Source: Takakia lepidozioides (Eukaryota; Plantae; Bryophyta). Taken from it: a stretch of DNA of 64,000 bases. A program made the translations under genes and the position numbers. Positions 23,950 through 38,144 of the stretch are shown piece after piece (position 1 is the stretch's first letter; every line of letters begins with the position of its first letter). Below the pieces are notes generated by a model. That model saw nothing but the letters and a program-made list of their open reading frames with translations, did no database searches and was not told the DNA's origin. The DNA lies in NCBI GenBank assembly GCA_030704615.1, contig CM060731.1, forward strand, positions 74,896,001 through 74,960,000. Reading direction: 5' to 3'.

Positions 23950-26740
23950 ACCAGATGTCCACTCACAGTACACTCCAAGAGCATTCCAATTATCTATGAT
24001 ACCACAACATCAACCCCTATGTTGAGCCATGAACTCACACCTTCACCTCCACATGTCATGCACGGACCATAACTACTATCCATGGTAGAATAGTTAATCT
24101 TCGTCATCAGCATTGAGGCATCGTTGTATGGGGGAAGATAGAGGAACTTGAAAGAAAGTGCTTGCTTGAATGCAGGGATAGTCGTGTCGATTGAGAAGTT
24201 GTATATTGATGTCTTTGCCGCCAAAGTACTCCAATCCAGTGATAAAAATAGCCAATCGAGACCTCTCAGCATAGGTCATTTGATCCACACAATCTCGAAA
24301 CCTTTTTGTTGGAGGGGCAATATAGATACATCACATATGCATTCCTCAAGAAATCATTTGCTTCAATGCAAACAGACACCATTGAATACAACACGCATTG
24401 TATCGGAGATATGCCATTCAAACCGTCTTTCATTCGATCCTTTATGGTGGGTGCACATGGTGCTTGTTCCACAGCCATGTAAAAACCCCTCTATGCATTG
24501 CTTTCACAATCAATCTTGTGCTCAACTTCAGATTCCCAATTTTTCTGTCAGATTGAATCCAATTGCCAAGCCAAGATGATCTCTTGGAGTCTTCGATTTT
24601 CTAAGGCAATTTAAGATTGACCATTTTGCAGCCCAGCCCAATCGAAAATCACGTTCTAAATCCTTTTTCATTTTGGACTCCACACCAACGGACATGTTTT
24701 TGGACTCGGGGACTTGGTCACAAAACATGACCAAAGTTGCGAATGAAAAAGGTCTTGAGACTTCCAATTCGTTCGATGCGAGCATGAAGATCAAATGCCC
24801 TAGCATTTTGGCCTGCCAATATACACAAACAAATAGTAAGAATCAACATGATACCTAACATTCAAACACAAGAAATGACTGTCCTGGGTGTATCATTAAA
24901 TACGATCATGACAGTGCATGAACTCACCGGAATCTTGGTAATAGTGATGTTGGAAAGCCCAACCATCTTTTGTACGGCTTGAAAACAATTTGACTCATGT
25001 AATACCGTTGGTATTTCAATATGGCTTCATCAACCTTCTCTCTTGATTGCAAAAGTGTCGCCTCATCTTGGTGAGTCTCAATTTTGTCTGAGCAACCCAT
25101 AAGCTCAAGGTGGGCCCTTGAAAATTTGATAAAAGCACATAACTTCAATGTCTCATGGATTCTTGACTGAAGGTGTGATCTTCATCACCTAGAGAACCTC
25201 CATTGATGCTGTAGTTGTAGAATCTCTTCTCCTGTTGGATACATAGACCAACATTCGAGGACTTAGAGATAGCTAGATCCCATGCATCCCAATCTTTCCA
25301 AAAAGGTCGCGCCATGAGCTCAAACTGAATTCGAATATCGCCAGGATTATACATGCTCATGGAAGGGTGCATAGTAACCCTACTGAGGTTAGCCTCAGAT
25401 GTAGTGGAACCCCTACGAAGCTCTTTTCTTTTAAAGAGCTCGTTACCAATAGTCTCAACACTTCATCATTGAAAGAATCTATATGGAGCTCAACTTTAAA
25501 CATGTCAAAAGCTTGGGATCCCTGTTCATCCTTGTAGACATCGAGTGCTTTATATGCAGATTTAACATCACGTTCCCCCAATGCCTTGAAGTATGCCTCT
25601 TGATGTTTGATCCATGTCTCTGCCATCTGTTGAGAAACTTCATCTTCAGTTGCCCCCCATGTACAATGAGTGGGTGTTGAGGAGATTATGTCCATCTCAT
25701 TAACAATCATACTAGATGAGGAGGACATACCAACATGTGTTGTTGTGATTGGCGGTGTAGGTAATGCCAGATGTAGTGATCTTGGACATCCCCCGTTGCA
25801 CGTTCCTACATCCACCTCGAGGCGGCTCACTCATAAAATCAGAATCAGAATCTCCAAGGCTACTAGTCGGAATATTGCCACTTGATTGTTCCATCAATCC
25901 AAACGAAGACACATCACTGTTTAATCCCGTGGTGTGCAGGGTCGTAGAAGGCCTTACCCCATTTGAACCTCTGACACGCTTTGGTACTTGTGACGTACTA
26001 TCAGCTTCAATGTGAGAAGTTGTCATACCATAAGGCCTTTGGACCCTTCGAACATCTTGGGGCACTTGGGTGACATGAACATCTTGAACTTGTGATGGGG
26101 CCATATGAAAAGGTTCACCATCGTTTGATGAGGACAAAGATTGAGAATCTTCAATCTCATAGGTCTGATTGTGCCACTACCACATCGCCATCCATGGGCA
26201 TTGGACCTTCTTTCATTGTCAACCTCCCTACACCTTCTATCCCTCTTCTTAGGTGGATTTCTTAGGAATTGTTGATAAGCAACAATTCCATCACTTGGGA
26301 CTGTGCTTACATCAGGAACATATGAAACCTCGCTACTATCAGGGATGTAAACAACAAATGTTGTTGCTGGCAATCGGCCCATAGAGCCCCACGTTTTCGG
26401 ATCAATGGCTCGAGAAAATATTTGCCTGTTGCTCTCCTGGTCCGTTTGAAAAAACACCCTGTCACACGTGGTGTAGGTGTTTGACGATGAGGCTCAAGTT
26501 GTGCAAAGTGGGCAGCAATCTGAAACTCCACTGTTCCAAGACAGAATGGCTCGGGATAGATTTGCCCACCCCACTGAAGGTTTGCTTTGAGAGAGACCAA
26601 AACAACTGGGTTGTCTAGAACCCAGTTGGAAATCAATGGCATTAAAGCCTCACGATAGGTTGACCACTCTGTTGACCTTGGGCTTTCAATAATGGGCTCC
26701 ATTCCCCTTCTAACATCTTCAAAATAACCATAATAACGGT
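23950..26740 (-). pseudogene. Long decayed coding region of unknown identity, probably TE-derived
   Basis: Chain of consecutive minus-strand ORF pieces (26307-26702, 25712-26137, 25357-25830, 25145-25372, etc.) linked by frameshifts. No motif recognised. Confidence 0.35.
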
Positions 26741-27202
26741 AATTTGGTGTGTTAAGTTGTCACTAACACCCATCCAAAATTATGTTATGTATTTCCATCT
26801 ATTTTCACCCTTTTTATTTTGCCAACTTAACCTTAGGTGAGTTTTCAACCCACAATGCAGATTTGTGCTTGCTGGTCTTGCATCGAGGAGATATGACGGA
26901 GCGACATATTGTTGGCGAGACAGATGCAATTGTAAGTCCATTGCTATGCGAACTTCAGGAATTGACAAGGTCTTGTTTTGATTATGTTCTGGATGTTATG
27001 TTTGGGACTGAGCTTCGGGGAATCCTTGCACTTCCTCTCTTTTCTCCCGGTCTGGTTTTCCTTCTTGTACTATTTTATCCTCATCTCTGCAGTTTTCTAT
27101 ACCTTTATCTTCTATGTATTGACATTTGATTGAAATTGTAGACCAGCAAGCCAGGAGAGCAAGGATGGGCTCTCTCCTTTCTAATCAGCATGTGTTTGGC
27201 AG

Positions 27203-27753
27203 AAATTACGACATCTTTTTGACCCGGGACTGCCTTGCATATTCAAAGATTAAGCTAGCATCGAAACCTATCCTTACTTCCAGCGTGAATCATTGGTGAA
27301 TTTCTACCAGAAGCATGGGATAGCTGTCATTGCCCACACGCCATTGGGTGGTGGGGTTGATAACACGGAATTTGTTGGGCTCCGTTTCGTGTCTTGATGA
27401 CGCTGTTCTTCAGGTTTGCATCTTCCCTAAGTGCTCCCTTATGAATTATTGACTTCAGTTGTGATTCACTACTCTATGTAAGGCGTGATCTCTTGCTTCC
27501 CTCTCTCTCTCACACACACTATAAACACACTACATGGATTGCCAAGAAAGTACAACAAGACACCGACACAAATTGCGATGCACTGGGGCATTGAGCACAA
27601 GACAATTGTCATTCCTAAGTTAGACAAGATGGAGAGATTGAAGTAGAACCTTGATGTCTTTGACTTTGAGTTGACCGATGATGATATCAAGCCCTTGACA
27701 AAAGCCTGCGCACCAACGACCCTGAGAAATTTTTGTGTATCAATCTCTTCTGA
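27203..27753 (+). pseudogene. Aldo-keto reductase (AKR2A, sorbitol-6-P dehydrogenase/mannose-6-P reductase-like) 3' exons
   Basis: NYDIFLTRDCLAYSKIK..IETYPYFQRESL..AHTPLGG..SCLDD, then intron, then KYNKTPTQIAMHWGI..VIPK..FDFEL. It has a deletion, a stop and a mutated acceptor. Confidence 0.85.
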
Positions 27754-30700
27754 GGATGAGTTTGACTGGTGGGTGTTGCTTACAATCTAAATCTGTTGTT
27801 TCATCTGCACCTTGAGACACTAACCAATTTCATACTGCCAAGCCCTTATAGTGCCAATATATGGCTATGTACATATACCAAACATGATACCACTGTAAGA
27901 GTATCAACGTCTAAGAGTTGATATATTAAACTCTCTATCAAACACACAGCCCAATTGCAGCATGATACCTTTGTAAGGGTATCGAAACAAGATTATTATT
28001 GATAATTCTCGAAATGAACATGTCATTTGTTTTCTCTGGGGTTGTGTCATGGGGGCCAGATACTAGTGCCAGGGGACTACATGATGATGCAGGGGAAGCC
28101 ATTCATCAATTGTCAGGTTTGAAATTATCTGTTTCTTTCAGAGCTAGCCATATTTCTTTTGCCAGTGAATCACAGGAAGCTGAAGCACTTCTGAGTAAGC
28201 CATCTGTCTCCCAAAGGGTCCCCAAAAAAATGAGATGGAGCTAGCCCTGGCATGCACATCAAACCCATTTAGCTCACAAGCAGTTTAAGGAGGTTTGCAT
28301 AAATATTTGGCCAAGGTTTGAGGGTTTTGGCTCATTCCAACAACAGTATTTACCAAAGCACATAACGTGCTTGTAATAACACTCGGGCTGCATGTGGGGT
28401 TCATGGGATGCTGAATGGAAGTTGAGGAATTTCAAAGGCTAGAGTGGGAATCGAGAGCATGAATGCTGAGTTCTGCAATAGTGATGAGATTATGGTTGTA
28501 GTGCAACGTTGTAGTGGGTTTGTTATTGGCAGCCCAACACTTGCAAGCCACATGCCCACTCCTATGAAGGTGTGACTGGTGATCTAGTGACCAGTCACTT
28601 AGTCAAACCAGCGATAATGGATTGTGATGACAATATAGGGATCCGACATGCCAGCCTTGGCATTCCTGGCAAGGGATGTGCACGACGTAATCGCAGGTGC
28701 GGGAGGGCTTTTGTGCGTGGAAGGGGGCCGATAGCCAAGGTCACATGCAGACGAGAATGAGAGGATCATCAATTACCTCAAGTGGGTTAGTTGATGCCAA
28801 CACGAAGGACGAGTGAGCAGGGTTCATAATAGGCAGTTCGATGGACTCTCGAGGCTCCATAATCTGTTCACTTAGCCCTCCAACAGCAGAGTAACTCACA
28901 TTCCTTGCGTCCTCGCATGGGCCTTGAGAACTAAAGAATGTTCGAAGTACATGCTCGAGGGGATTATCAAACATGATCTGCAAGTTTCTGGTTATACCTC
29001 AATCCCACCTCAATAACTCCTCGGACCACAGATCTCTCTAGCTACACATACTTGACTTCAGAACTAGGTCCTAAGTATCACCCAATCAGGAATTCCCAAT
29101 GAGACGTTTAAACCATAGTACGATGTCCGATGATCTGCATGCCAAATTTCCTGCCAGGAGCAGAAAAAAGGTGTGTAGATTCATCCGACACTACTGTAAG
29201 TACATGGAGTGCCGTCAACTTTCTTTTATGGTAAATGACATGTGAGGTAGCGTTGGTTGTGGATGCACCAAGTGATTTTGGTCAAAGCACATCACGTGCT
29301 CCACACATGAGGAGAGTGGTATTGATCCAGCACAAGCAGTCTGAAAAGCCAAGCTAAAGCAACTATGCTCTTCAGGTGGTGCTCAGTACACTGCATGAAC
29401 CAATATTCAGCAGGTATGAATTTTTCCTGGATTAAGATTTGATAACGTCCAATAGAGTGAGGGGAGAGAGATGGTGAGTGCAGAGTTAAGCCACATCTGC
29501 TTGAAGAATGGATGCTAACAATATGCCTTTATTGCATTTAGGTGAAGAGTTCCATTGTTATTTATTAAGGGGATGGTTGGGAAGCATTGTAGATTTTGAG
29601 ATGGTCATTTTTAACTCACAGTTGTGGGTATTTTGGACTTGCAGGCAGTGGGTAGAGTGGTGGATGAGCAGCACATGGAGAGAGGTCTGCACATGGAAGA
29701 TCAATGTCAAGTCCATATCAGCCCCTATGCCAAGTTATATTGCTTCCCCTTGTGCTCAATACCTCTACATTCTTTTGTACTGGAACCAAAGATTGATTGA
29801 AAAGCACATGGACAAAGGTCTGCACAGGAAGATCACTACCAAGTCCATATTAGCCCATACGCAAGTCACCACTTGTAGCAGACCTCTAACCTGCTTCATG
29901 ACTGGTGATTCCCTTGTTCCTCAGATGTGGGAATCATGCAGAACATAATTCATCAACCACTACAACAGATGAGCGTTTTTATGACTGCACATATGACTAT
30001 TTTTTCAGTCCTATATGCGTTCATGACTATATCATTCTGCAGTGAAAAAAACCTTGTCATAGCGACTAGTCTTTAGGACTGCGTTTTGCACGTCATAGCC
30101 GTGACTGCGTGCGTGGCACCTAGAATCATGCTGTAGAGATGATGTAGTCACAACTATATGATTTATATATGACTAACTATATGACTACATATCTACAAAG
30201 TATAACTCCATTGGAGAGGCGTCAGAGAGACATATGTAGCACTCCGGATGTGACACTTGTCCACATGGACAACATATATGACCCACACGTGGGAAAGAAT
30301 ATCGTATCATATAATGCCACGTTGCCATGATGTAGTCATGAGTATAACTTCATGACTAAAGAGGTTTTTTAATAATATTTTAATTTAATAAATTAAATCA
30401 TACAATTATAATATTTAGATTATTAATTGATTTAAATTCTCATTAGGTTTCTAGGAAAATAGAATGGAAGCCATTGTTGTCTTTTTTTATTATTTTTATT
30501 TTTGTTAACAAAGAGGGACAGTGGGGGACAGTGGCCTCTAGAACTTTATAGGTAATTGACATAAAATGTCCTTGGATACAAAGAGGAAAAATAACCTCTA
30601 GATAGAGTGCCATAGAGGCTGAAAGAGAACGTACCAAGACAAGAAAGAGTAGTAAGAAGGAAGGCAAGCAAAGAAGGGGGTCTGCATAGAGCTAAAGAGT

Positions 30701-31076
30701 CTAGCAGGAAAAGAGACTGCAGCCAGAAACTACTGCCATAACTTGGAAACAGAAAGGCACCGAGCTAAGGAGAAGAACTGAAAATCAGCTAACAATGTCA
30801 TAAGAAAGCTGGGCCCTAGGCCTAGCCTTCCACTTCCTAAAAGATCTACAGATGGAGAGACATCCCTGCAGGGGTCGTGCTCTTCAGCTCAAGACCAACC
30901 AATTGATCATCTATCCATGCAGGTTTCTTGTAGCTATCCTTCCACAGGGAATCATATGTAATCTGGAGATTGAAATCCGGCCCTCTTGGATGAATCTGGA
31001 CCCATGCACTCTATCCCTGCTCCTTCAGCTATCCATGCCTCTGCACAAATCATGTATATATGTATCATGTATCAGA

Positions 31077-31077
31077 G

Positions 31078-31112
<35 letters not shown>
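31077..31112. repeat. (GA)n microsatellite
   Basis: Direct reading. Confidence 0.9.
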
Positions 31113-31116
<4 letters not shown>

Positions 31117-32729
31117 TTACCATGTCACATTCCCAAACCCTTGGGGGAGCTTAAGAATACAGTTCGTAATAAAAAAAGCCCTGTAAAAATACTGGCTTGG
31201 TAATTCTTGGGTTCAAATAGCTTAAACAAGTATGTTGTAAGCTCAACAGGTCTTTGAGAAAACCATTCCAGCAGGCCTAAGAGTGAGAGCTTTGATGAAA
31301 ACAATTCCCTATTACAGCTTTAAAGGACTTGTATGTTCCTAAAAGCACAAGCTGAACTGATTGTACTTCCATAAGTAGATGCAGGGCTATGGTATGTATC
31401 CCAGGGCCTTATCCAGTCACTCTGCCAAGTTTTAGAGAGATCCTCAAAAATACCAGTCTGTAATCAGGTTATAATCTCCATGGGGGAGCCTGAAAGAATG
31501 TATGTGTTCTTAAAAAGGCTTACCCAATGCCTTACTTAATACATTCTAAACTGGTGAGGCATAAACAACACTGTCTGACTCTCCAAAAGGCCAGAAAACA
31601 GGTCTGGAAAAATGCATCCAATGTCACACTTGCATCACCAAACCCTTGTCATCACAACCAGCCCGAACATTCACAATAAGGTCTAATTTCTAGGAGGCCC
31701 AGCCCATTTACTTCCCTGACTTAACAGATTTGGTTACCAAGAACCAGAAATCAAAGTAAAGGTTTAAGGCATATCCCCCTTGAAGCAGCTTTGAAGCAGA
31801 AAATTGCAACAACGGCAGCTTGCAACATATCTTATCCCTCCTGCAGTAACCAGATCATCTGCAAGCCAAAGAGTTCATGCCAAGTGAAATCCCTCACCTG
31901 CGCCCGTCCCAAAAACAAACAAATAAAATGTTTTGTGCGTTAGTGAGGATGCGCGAGGTGAATTACAGGATTTCACAGTTGCTATCCATGTCAGGTATGA
32001 GCCATAAAGCATGCAAAGATCACAGAACCAGCAGAAGAAAGCATAGATGTGACACCACAAAGAACCTCAATCTTTTGTGGAGTAGGACGCTGCAGTGTTC
32101 ATCATCTGAATTTGAACGAGCACAACAGAATGCAAGGGGAGGAGAGTTGAGGACAGGTTGTATCTTGTAATACAAGCCGCTTCCCCACCTCCATTAACCG
32201 CCGCTGCTTCATCAATGAGGAAAAAACGTAGGCAAACATAACAGTATGTCATTTGCCATCGCAGGAGTGTCTGCCGTCATCGCGCGTTCAAAAAACAAGA
32301 ACACACCCGTTCGGATCTTGTTGCTCGGGCATTCAGCCGCCATCGAGCATTCGTCCGCCATCGCCCTCTTCCAGAGAAAAAAAACACGCACGATATCGTG
32401 CTGTGTCTAGGGCAGAGAGACACTTAAAGGAAAACCACCCGCGATTTCATCCACCATCCGGTATGGATGGTATCAGACCAGGATGAAAAATGGGCATTCA
32501 ATAGGTTTAAATCAAAGGAGCATAAACCTAAAATGCATTGAAATGCATATCTGCCTATTAATCATCCAGTTATGGTTATAACAGAAATTTCATTCAGTAT
32601 GGATGAAACCTTAAAAATTGGGATTAAAAATATATAGTATTTCCAAAATAAGTATTATGGAAAAAAATTGATAATCCCAAACAAGTAGTTGGAGAGAGGG
32701 AGAGAGAGGGAGAGAGAGAGAGAGTCACC

Positions 32730-33180
32730 GGGGAAGGTGGTCATCATGGTACTCCAAGACACCACATCTTGTCCAGCCATGTTGTTGAACACTCCCTTTG
32801 CATCCTTGCTACACCTACATTTGACATACATATTGTCCACCAGGGGAGTGTTCAAAATGACATCTGGTACATTTGCAGCTTTGACGATGCAACCATAGAC
32901 CTTTTGCCCTTTTCCAGGGGTGCCAGGCTTGCACACGCATTGCAAACACATACACACGTTATGTGGTCGGGCTTCAGTATCCCTTCCCTCATAATTTGCT
33001 CATAGGTCTCCAAAGCCTCCATCCCACGCCCCTGTTGTGCATACCCTGCAAACATCGCACTCCATGACACCACATCTCATTCAGCCATAGTGTTGAACTC
33101 TCCCTTTGCATCCTCGATGCACCCACATTTGACATACATGTCCACCAAGGCAGGGGCAGTGTTCAAAATGACATCTGGTA
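32730..33180 (-). pseudogene. PLS-class PPR fragment captured in the CACTA
   Basis: VSWSAMFAGYAQQG.GMEAL..Y.Q...EG..PDHIT; LVDMYVKCG.IEDA..F; QDVVSW. Confidence 0.9.
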
Positions 33181-34248
33181 ATTTGACAGGTATTCACATT
33201 TTTGCCTTGGTTGTCCCACCAATGACTGGGGTCAGAAAAGTATTCATTCCAAAGCTTCTCCTCATCTCTATTACCTCTTTTGGATACTTTCCTGTTGTCA
33301 CATTGGCAATATCATATCAAAGTCACTCCAAACTATTCTAGGTTCACTAAACCAACTAACTTGCAGAATTCAACATGGAAATTTAGGGCCGATTCTGATA
33401 AGAGGGAAAAACATGGTGAAATGTGTTGAAAAACGTGCTTTCATTAGCAGACCATTTTCTCATTAGCAGATTTCTTGTAGCTATTGATCCACGGGGAATC
33501 AGAACTAATCTTGTGTTTGAAATCCGGCCCTCTTGGATGAACCTGGACCTCTATCCCTGGTCCTTTAGCTACCCCTGTCTGTGTACAAATCATGAATACT
33601 TGCATGGAGTCATGGAGTCACAAGATTCCATGAAACGTCGTCCACGTCTAGTCAAACATATCACACTAGTCATAAAACCATCTTTGTCATCATGGTCAAC
33701 AATGTTTGACCAATGCTCCCTAATTTTCCGGAGTCATGTAGTGATATCCATTACTATAAAGTGATAAAACTATGACTGCAACGCATTTCAGCGCTCTGTA
33801 GTCGTATACCTAGTGCCGTTTTTATGACTCCGCCAAATCCGTAGTCCTAAAAACGCTCATCTCTTGTAGTGAACTAAGTTCTTTAAATCTTCCTCTTTGT
33901 TGCGGGATACTCAGATTGCAAACAACACGAGCAAAATGAAAACACGGGGCTATGAAAAGAAGTAAGCAGATCGGATGGTCGTCCAGGACCATATTCAAAT
34001 TCCAAAAGCTGCAAGAAATGGAAAACAACAAAATGCAGGTCAACTTCTCATGTATCCAGGCATTGCCGTGGACTCACTCACTCAATCACTGAGATTTAAA
34101 TTAACTTAAGTCTGCAATATGACTGGTTACTCAAAATTTGGTTCTCAGTGTGAGTAAAATTAATTAAATTGATGCCCCTAAACCGAAACTCCAGGTCAAA
34201 TAGATATAAGAGCTGGTTTAAGGCACTGTGTACTGGAGAAAAACCAAC

Positions 34249-34368
34249 CACATAGTCACAAAGGTCTAGATCGGCCACATCCTGAAGCATCGACTGCCTG
34301 TTTCGCAGCTGTTGAATGGCTTCTAGTGGGTTTGGCACAATCACGTCTGGATACTTCTGCTTAAAATC
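34249..34368 (-). pseudogene. Isolated exon of inositol-tetrakisphosphate 1-kinase (ITPK)
   Basis: DFKQKYPDVIVPNPLEAIQQLRNRQSMLQDVADLDL flanked by ttgcAG and GT. Other exons were not found. Confidence 0.75.
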
Positions 34369-34762
34369 CTGCAAATGCACAAGCACCAGATCAGCAACAT
34401 GGCCAAAGAGTAAGTGAATTGGACTCCCAATGTACCCATTTACATGCTTAATCCTAAAGCAGTCACTGTATCCACAGCCTCAAAATATGTACATAGCCTC
34501 GGCCTACAACTTTTATGTTGTATGCACCCATTTAGCAAAGGTTCCCGGGAGCTATACTTGAGGCTAGGAAAACCACCTGGCGCCTACACAGCCTGCAAAC
34601 CACATTCCTCTAGGTAGGACAATAGCGACATAGCCTCCCTATAATGGAGTAGTGTAGTCCGTATCTTTGTACCATTATTTGGGCACTTTTCTTAGGCAAC
34701 TAGAATGTCAAAAAGAGAGTAAGAAGAAACATACAAACAAGTCTCAGAATTTTCTCCATACT

Positions 34763-36643
34763 TACAAGGTGAAGGTAGCCAAAAAAGAGGCCCTGATTCG
34801 ATTTGTTCTACATTCCTTCCTCTTCATCATCATCATGCTCCTCCTCCTCCTCCTCCTCCTTGTCTTTTAATGTTGCTTCATCCTCATCTGCATCGTCGTC
34901 ATCTGTTTCTTCCTCCTCTCCCTCATCTCCTCCATCATTGTTTGTCCCTTCTTCATCCTCCGTGTTTGCATTGTCGTCATTGTCTAGTTTCTTGTCTACA
35001 CAACATGGAAACAAAGTACACGTCTTAGAGTCCAATTTGCATGTTGAATAGAAACATAACATGAAATATTTGACATGTGAACACTCACACTTTTCACTTT
35101 TCTTGTAGCGCTCGGTCGCTAAAGCACATGCTTTGGCACGAAGGGGATCCACGAATCTCCACTTCTCCATCTCTGCATTGACGTACGTCTTGACAAACTC
35201 TGCCTTTGTCAATGTCAACGCCACCGATCTACAAAATATTTAGTCACAAGGGTTAGTTTGATGAACACATGTACGATACAAACAAGAAGTATGCAAAGAC
35301 AGAATAATACCTTAGTTTGCAGCTTTCTTCCTCATGGTAGGTTAGCAAGCTGTTTGCCACCTCTTTTCGCAACTTGCGACGAGGCATCTTCCAGTAATCC
35401 TTGCCATCCCTATAGATTTTTTTCATCCGTGCCAAGTCTTGCTTATAACCCCTAATCGGTTTGTACTGAGCAAGTTTTTTCCTCACCCACTTACCAGTCG
35501 CATTCGCACCCACGATATCATCCAAGGTCTTAGCTGATAAATCGCCCCTTCCCCATTTGTGAATCCCGAAGTGGTCGTACACATCTTTATCGAACAATGT
35601 TGCCAACAAATGGTGCTCGCTTGTTCTTGCTTTCCATGGCCATAGAACCACCTTGTACCATTTCCCACATTCGCTCTGCTTTCAAATTGAACCTGTAACG
35701 CGCCTTGTTGTCGTACACCCTCTTTCTCTTATCTGCATCCCCATAGATCTTCATGTTCGTTCTATGGTAATTCTGTTTTCTCTTCTTCCCATCCGTAGGG
35801 CGACCAGGCTTACCTGGAAGGAGGCGAGGACCTCCACACTTTACCACAAGGTGGTTTTGGAAGTTATGTTTGTCCTTCCAATCCATGGAAGGTCCTTCGC
35901 CGCAGATCAAACAAAACCAATGTCCATTCTCCCGTTTGTAGTGCACCCCCTCTTGTCCAAACAATCCACCTAAATAACATAGATAGTGGATGTGTGAAAT
36001 TAGGCATACCAGGGTTTTAGAAATGGAGATTCACCTACATGATGATACCTTTGTAAAGATATTTGTCTCTAGGCATCTATTATACTTCTGTGTTATAGCA
36101 CTACACCTATCCTGCACATAATGCTGATACCTCTGTACAGAAAAGACACCTTTTAATACCTCTGTGGAAGTAAAGACGTTGCATACAATCCAAGCAATAA
36201 AAGAATGAAAATGTACTTGAAACTAGGAATCCCCTAGGAGTCCCAAGAGTTGTAAATAAGCATGAATTTACTTCCTTGCCCTCCTAGCACTCCTTGCCCT
36301 CCTCCTGTTAGCGCCAGCTCTGTCGAGGTAACAGGAGTTGGTACGACGTCACTGTTTGCTACAACAGACATAACCAAAGATGAAGGGGCTTCATGACGTC
36401 TTGACTTCACTTTGATACGCTTCCCTGTTTTGTTGGATCTTCCCATATTTAGATACCTTTCTGTCTCCTGAAAAAAACAATGTTGTTTGAAAAGCTCGGT
36501 GCTCCGAGCTCGTAGCACTGGACCCCTATTCCTATCTTCACAAAAAGACAATGTTGTTATAGGGCAGAGAACACACCCTGAAGTTGTCTACTGCTACCTG
36601 CAAGCTCTTGAGATGTGGCTCTTTTTTTAGCAGATTGGCCAGC
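34763..36643 (-). pseudogene. Spliced unknown gene with C2HC zinc finger, GRP (AT-hook-like) motif and acidic tail; frameshifted, with an upstream exon split by the Ty3 insertion
   Basis: WFCLICGEG...HNFQNHLVVKC, PGKPGRP and a D/E-rich C-terminus, with GT-AG boundaries. A putative exon continues at 46068-46075 across TSD CCAGC. Confidence 0.5.
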
Positions 36644-37448
36644 TGTTAGAGGACTGTCGGGGACTTAGACACTTATATGGGATCTGTAGGGTACCCTTAA
36701 TTTTTGCACAGACTGAGACCAACACTGAGACCAACAGGAGCCTTAGGGGTGACAGCAGCGCACTGTAGGGGGGGTTACACAGCCCGGCACAGCCACACAG
36801 CCAGTCACAGCCCGTCACAGTCGTCACAGCCGACACAGCCAACACAGCCCGTCACAGTCGTCACAGCCGACACAGCCAGTCACAGCCCGTCACAGTTTCA
36901 CACAGCCAGTCACAGCTTGACACAGCTGTCACGATCATAGGGAACGAAGAATAGGACAGGGAACGACTATGGGGAACAACACCTGCGAAGGGACATGTTA
37001 GTTCACAGACGACGGTTAGTGAGGGAAACGGTTAGAACCACGGATAGGAAGATAAAGGGAAGAAACGGGGAATTAAGGGAGATCATTCGGAGAAGGACTT
37101 CTTGGTCATGAAGGAGAGGGGATCGGGCAGAGATGAAGAACGGAAGTGAAGATAGAGAGATGATGAGTAGATGCTTGATATATGCAAGGCTGTAATGATA
37201 TTGTAGAGCAGATTAGAGACACAATGGCTTCGGCCTGATACCTGATAAATCATAATCGGATACTTTTACGATACAATCACACTGTGTAGAGAGATCTGAG
37301 TGAAGCTATGAAATGAATGGATGAGCTGATGGAATCCAATAGATTGATAAAGCAAACTGATACTTAATTATCAATGGTAAGATAGCTAACATGAATACCA
37401 AAAGGGAAACAAATAGGAAACACCCCCATGATACACTAGCTGTAGGTC

Positions 37449-38144
37449 ATGACTGATTGTTCTGCGCGGGCTGAGTACTTAGAGATTTCCAACTCTTCTA
37501 TCTTGGAGTTTCCGCCTCGAATAGCGAAGGGATGGGTGAGTAAAAGCCGCGCGACATTTGGCGACCATACTGGGGACCTGAGACATGAACAACCAGATGT
37601 GACAGGCATCTGGTGGGATCATGGTGGTTGGACCATTAAAGAATTTGAAGTGAATCAAATTCCCTGTGGAACGAAGGAAGAAAGATTGTCCAAACAATTC
37701 TTTCAAAGGTTCTTGGAATTGCCAGACGGTTGTAAAGAAAATATTCTTAAACGAGTGCATGATGCTGATCCAGAATGGGGTCCGGAGAAAGGAGTGATAA
37801 AGATTTATCAGGTAGCCTGTAGAGGAAGAGCACGTTGGTTACCAACATTGGTTTATGTGATAGCATTGCTATCCATTAAACGAGTAGAGTTTGAAGGCTG
37901 GGAAAAAAGAAAGGTGAATGTTTATACTCATATGCATGAAGAGCTTATACTGGTAAAGAATTGGATTCCAAAGGATATTTTGTGGATCAAACTCACACCA
38001 AGAACAGCTTTTCAGACTTGTTTGCCATATGGTTATATGGTAATGGAGACTTCAAGTATAGCCAAGGGTGCATTGAAGCTTGAAAGAAACCCAGGCATAT
38101 ACGAGAGATATTACAGAAGAGAGTTTTGGTTATTGCCACATTAA
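37449..38144 (+). CDS. Extra 5' ORF (231 aa) upstream of gag, unknown function
   Basis: Stop-free frame that begins in U5 and reads through the PBS; same frame as gag-pol. Confidence 0.55.
   Translation: MTDCSARAEYLEISNSSILEFPPRIAKGWVSKSRATFGDHTGDLRHEQPDVTGIWWDHGGWTIKEFEVNQIPCGTKEERLSKQFFQRFLELPDGCKENILKRVHDADPEWGPEKGVIKIYQVACRGRARWLPTLVYVIALLSIKRVEFEGWEKRKVNVYTHMHEELILVKNWIPKDILWIKLTPRTAFQTCLPYGYMVMETSSIAKGALKLERNPGIYERYYRREFWLLPH

Larger units (their letters stand above)
29958..33871. mobile_element. Non-autonomous Pack-CACTA element
   Basis: TIR CACTACAA(C/G)AGATGAGCGTTTTTA at both ends, 3-bp TSD AAC, ATGACT subterminal repeats, no transposase, captured gene fragments. Confidence 0.93.

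Noticed and set aside
28300-29900. LINE or ankyrin-like remnants, also at 31150-31900 and 48100-49500
   Set aside because: Only vague resemblance, with no motif I could read with confidence.
34803-35051. Ser-rich plus-strand protein
   Set aside because: It is the antisense shadow of the D/E-rich exon on the minus strand.
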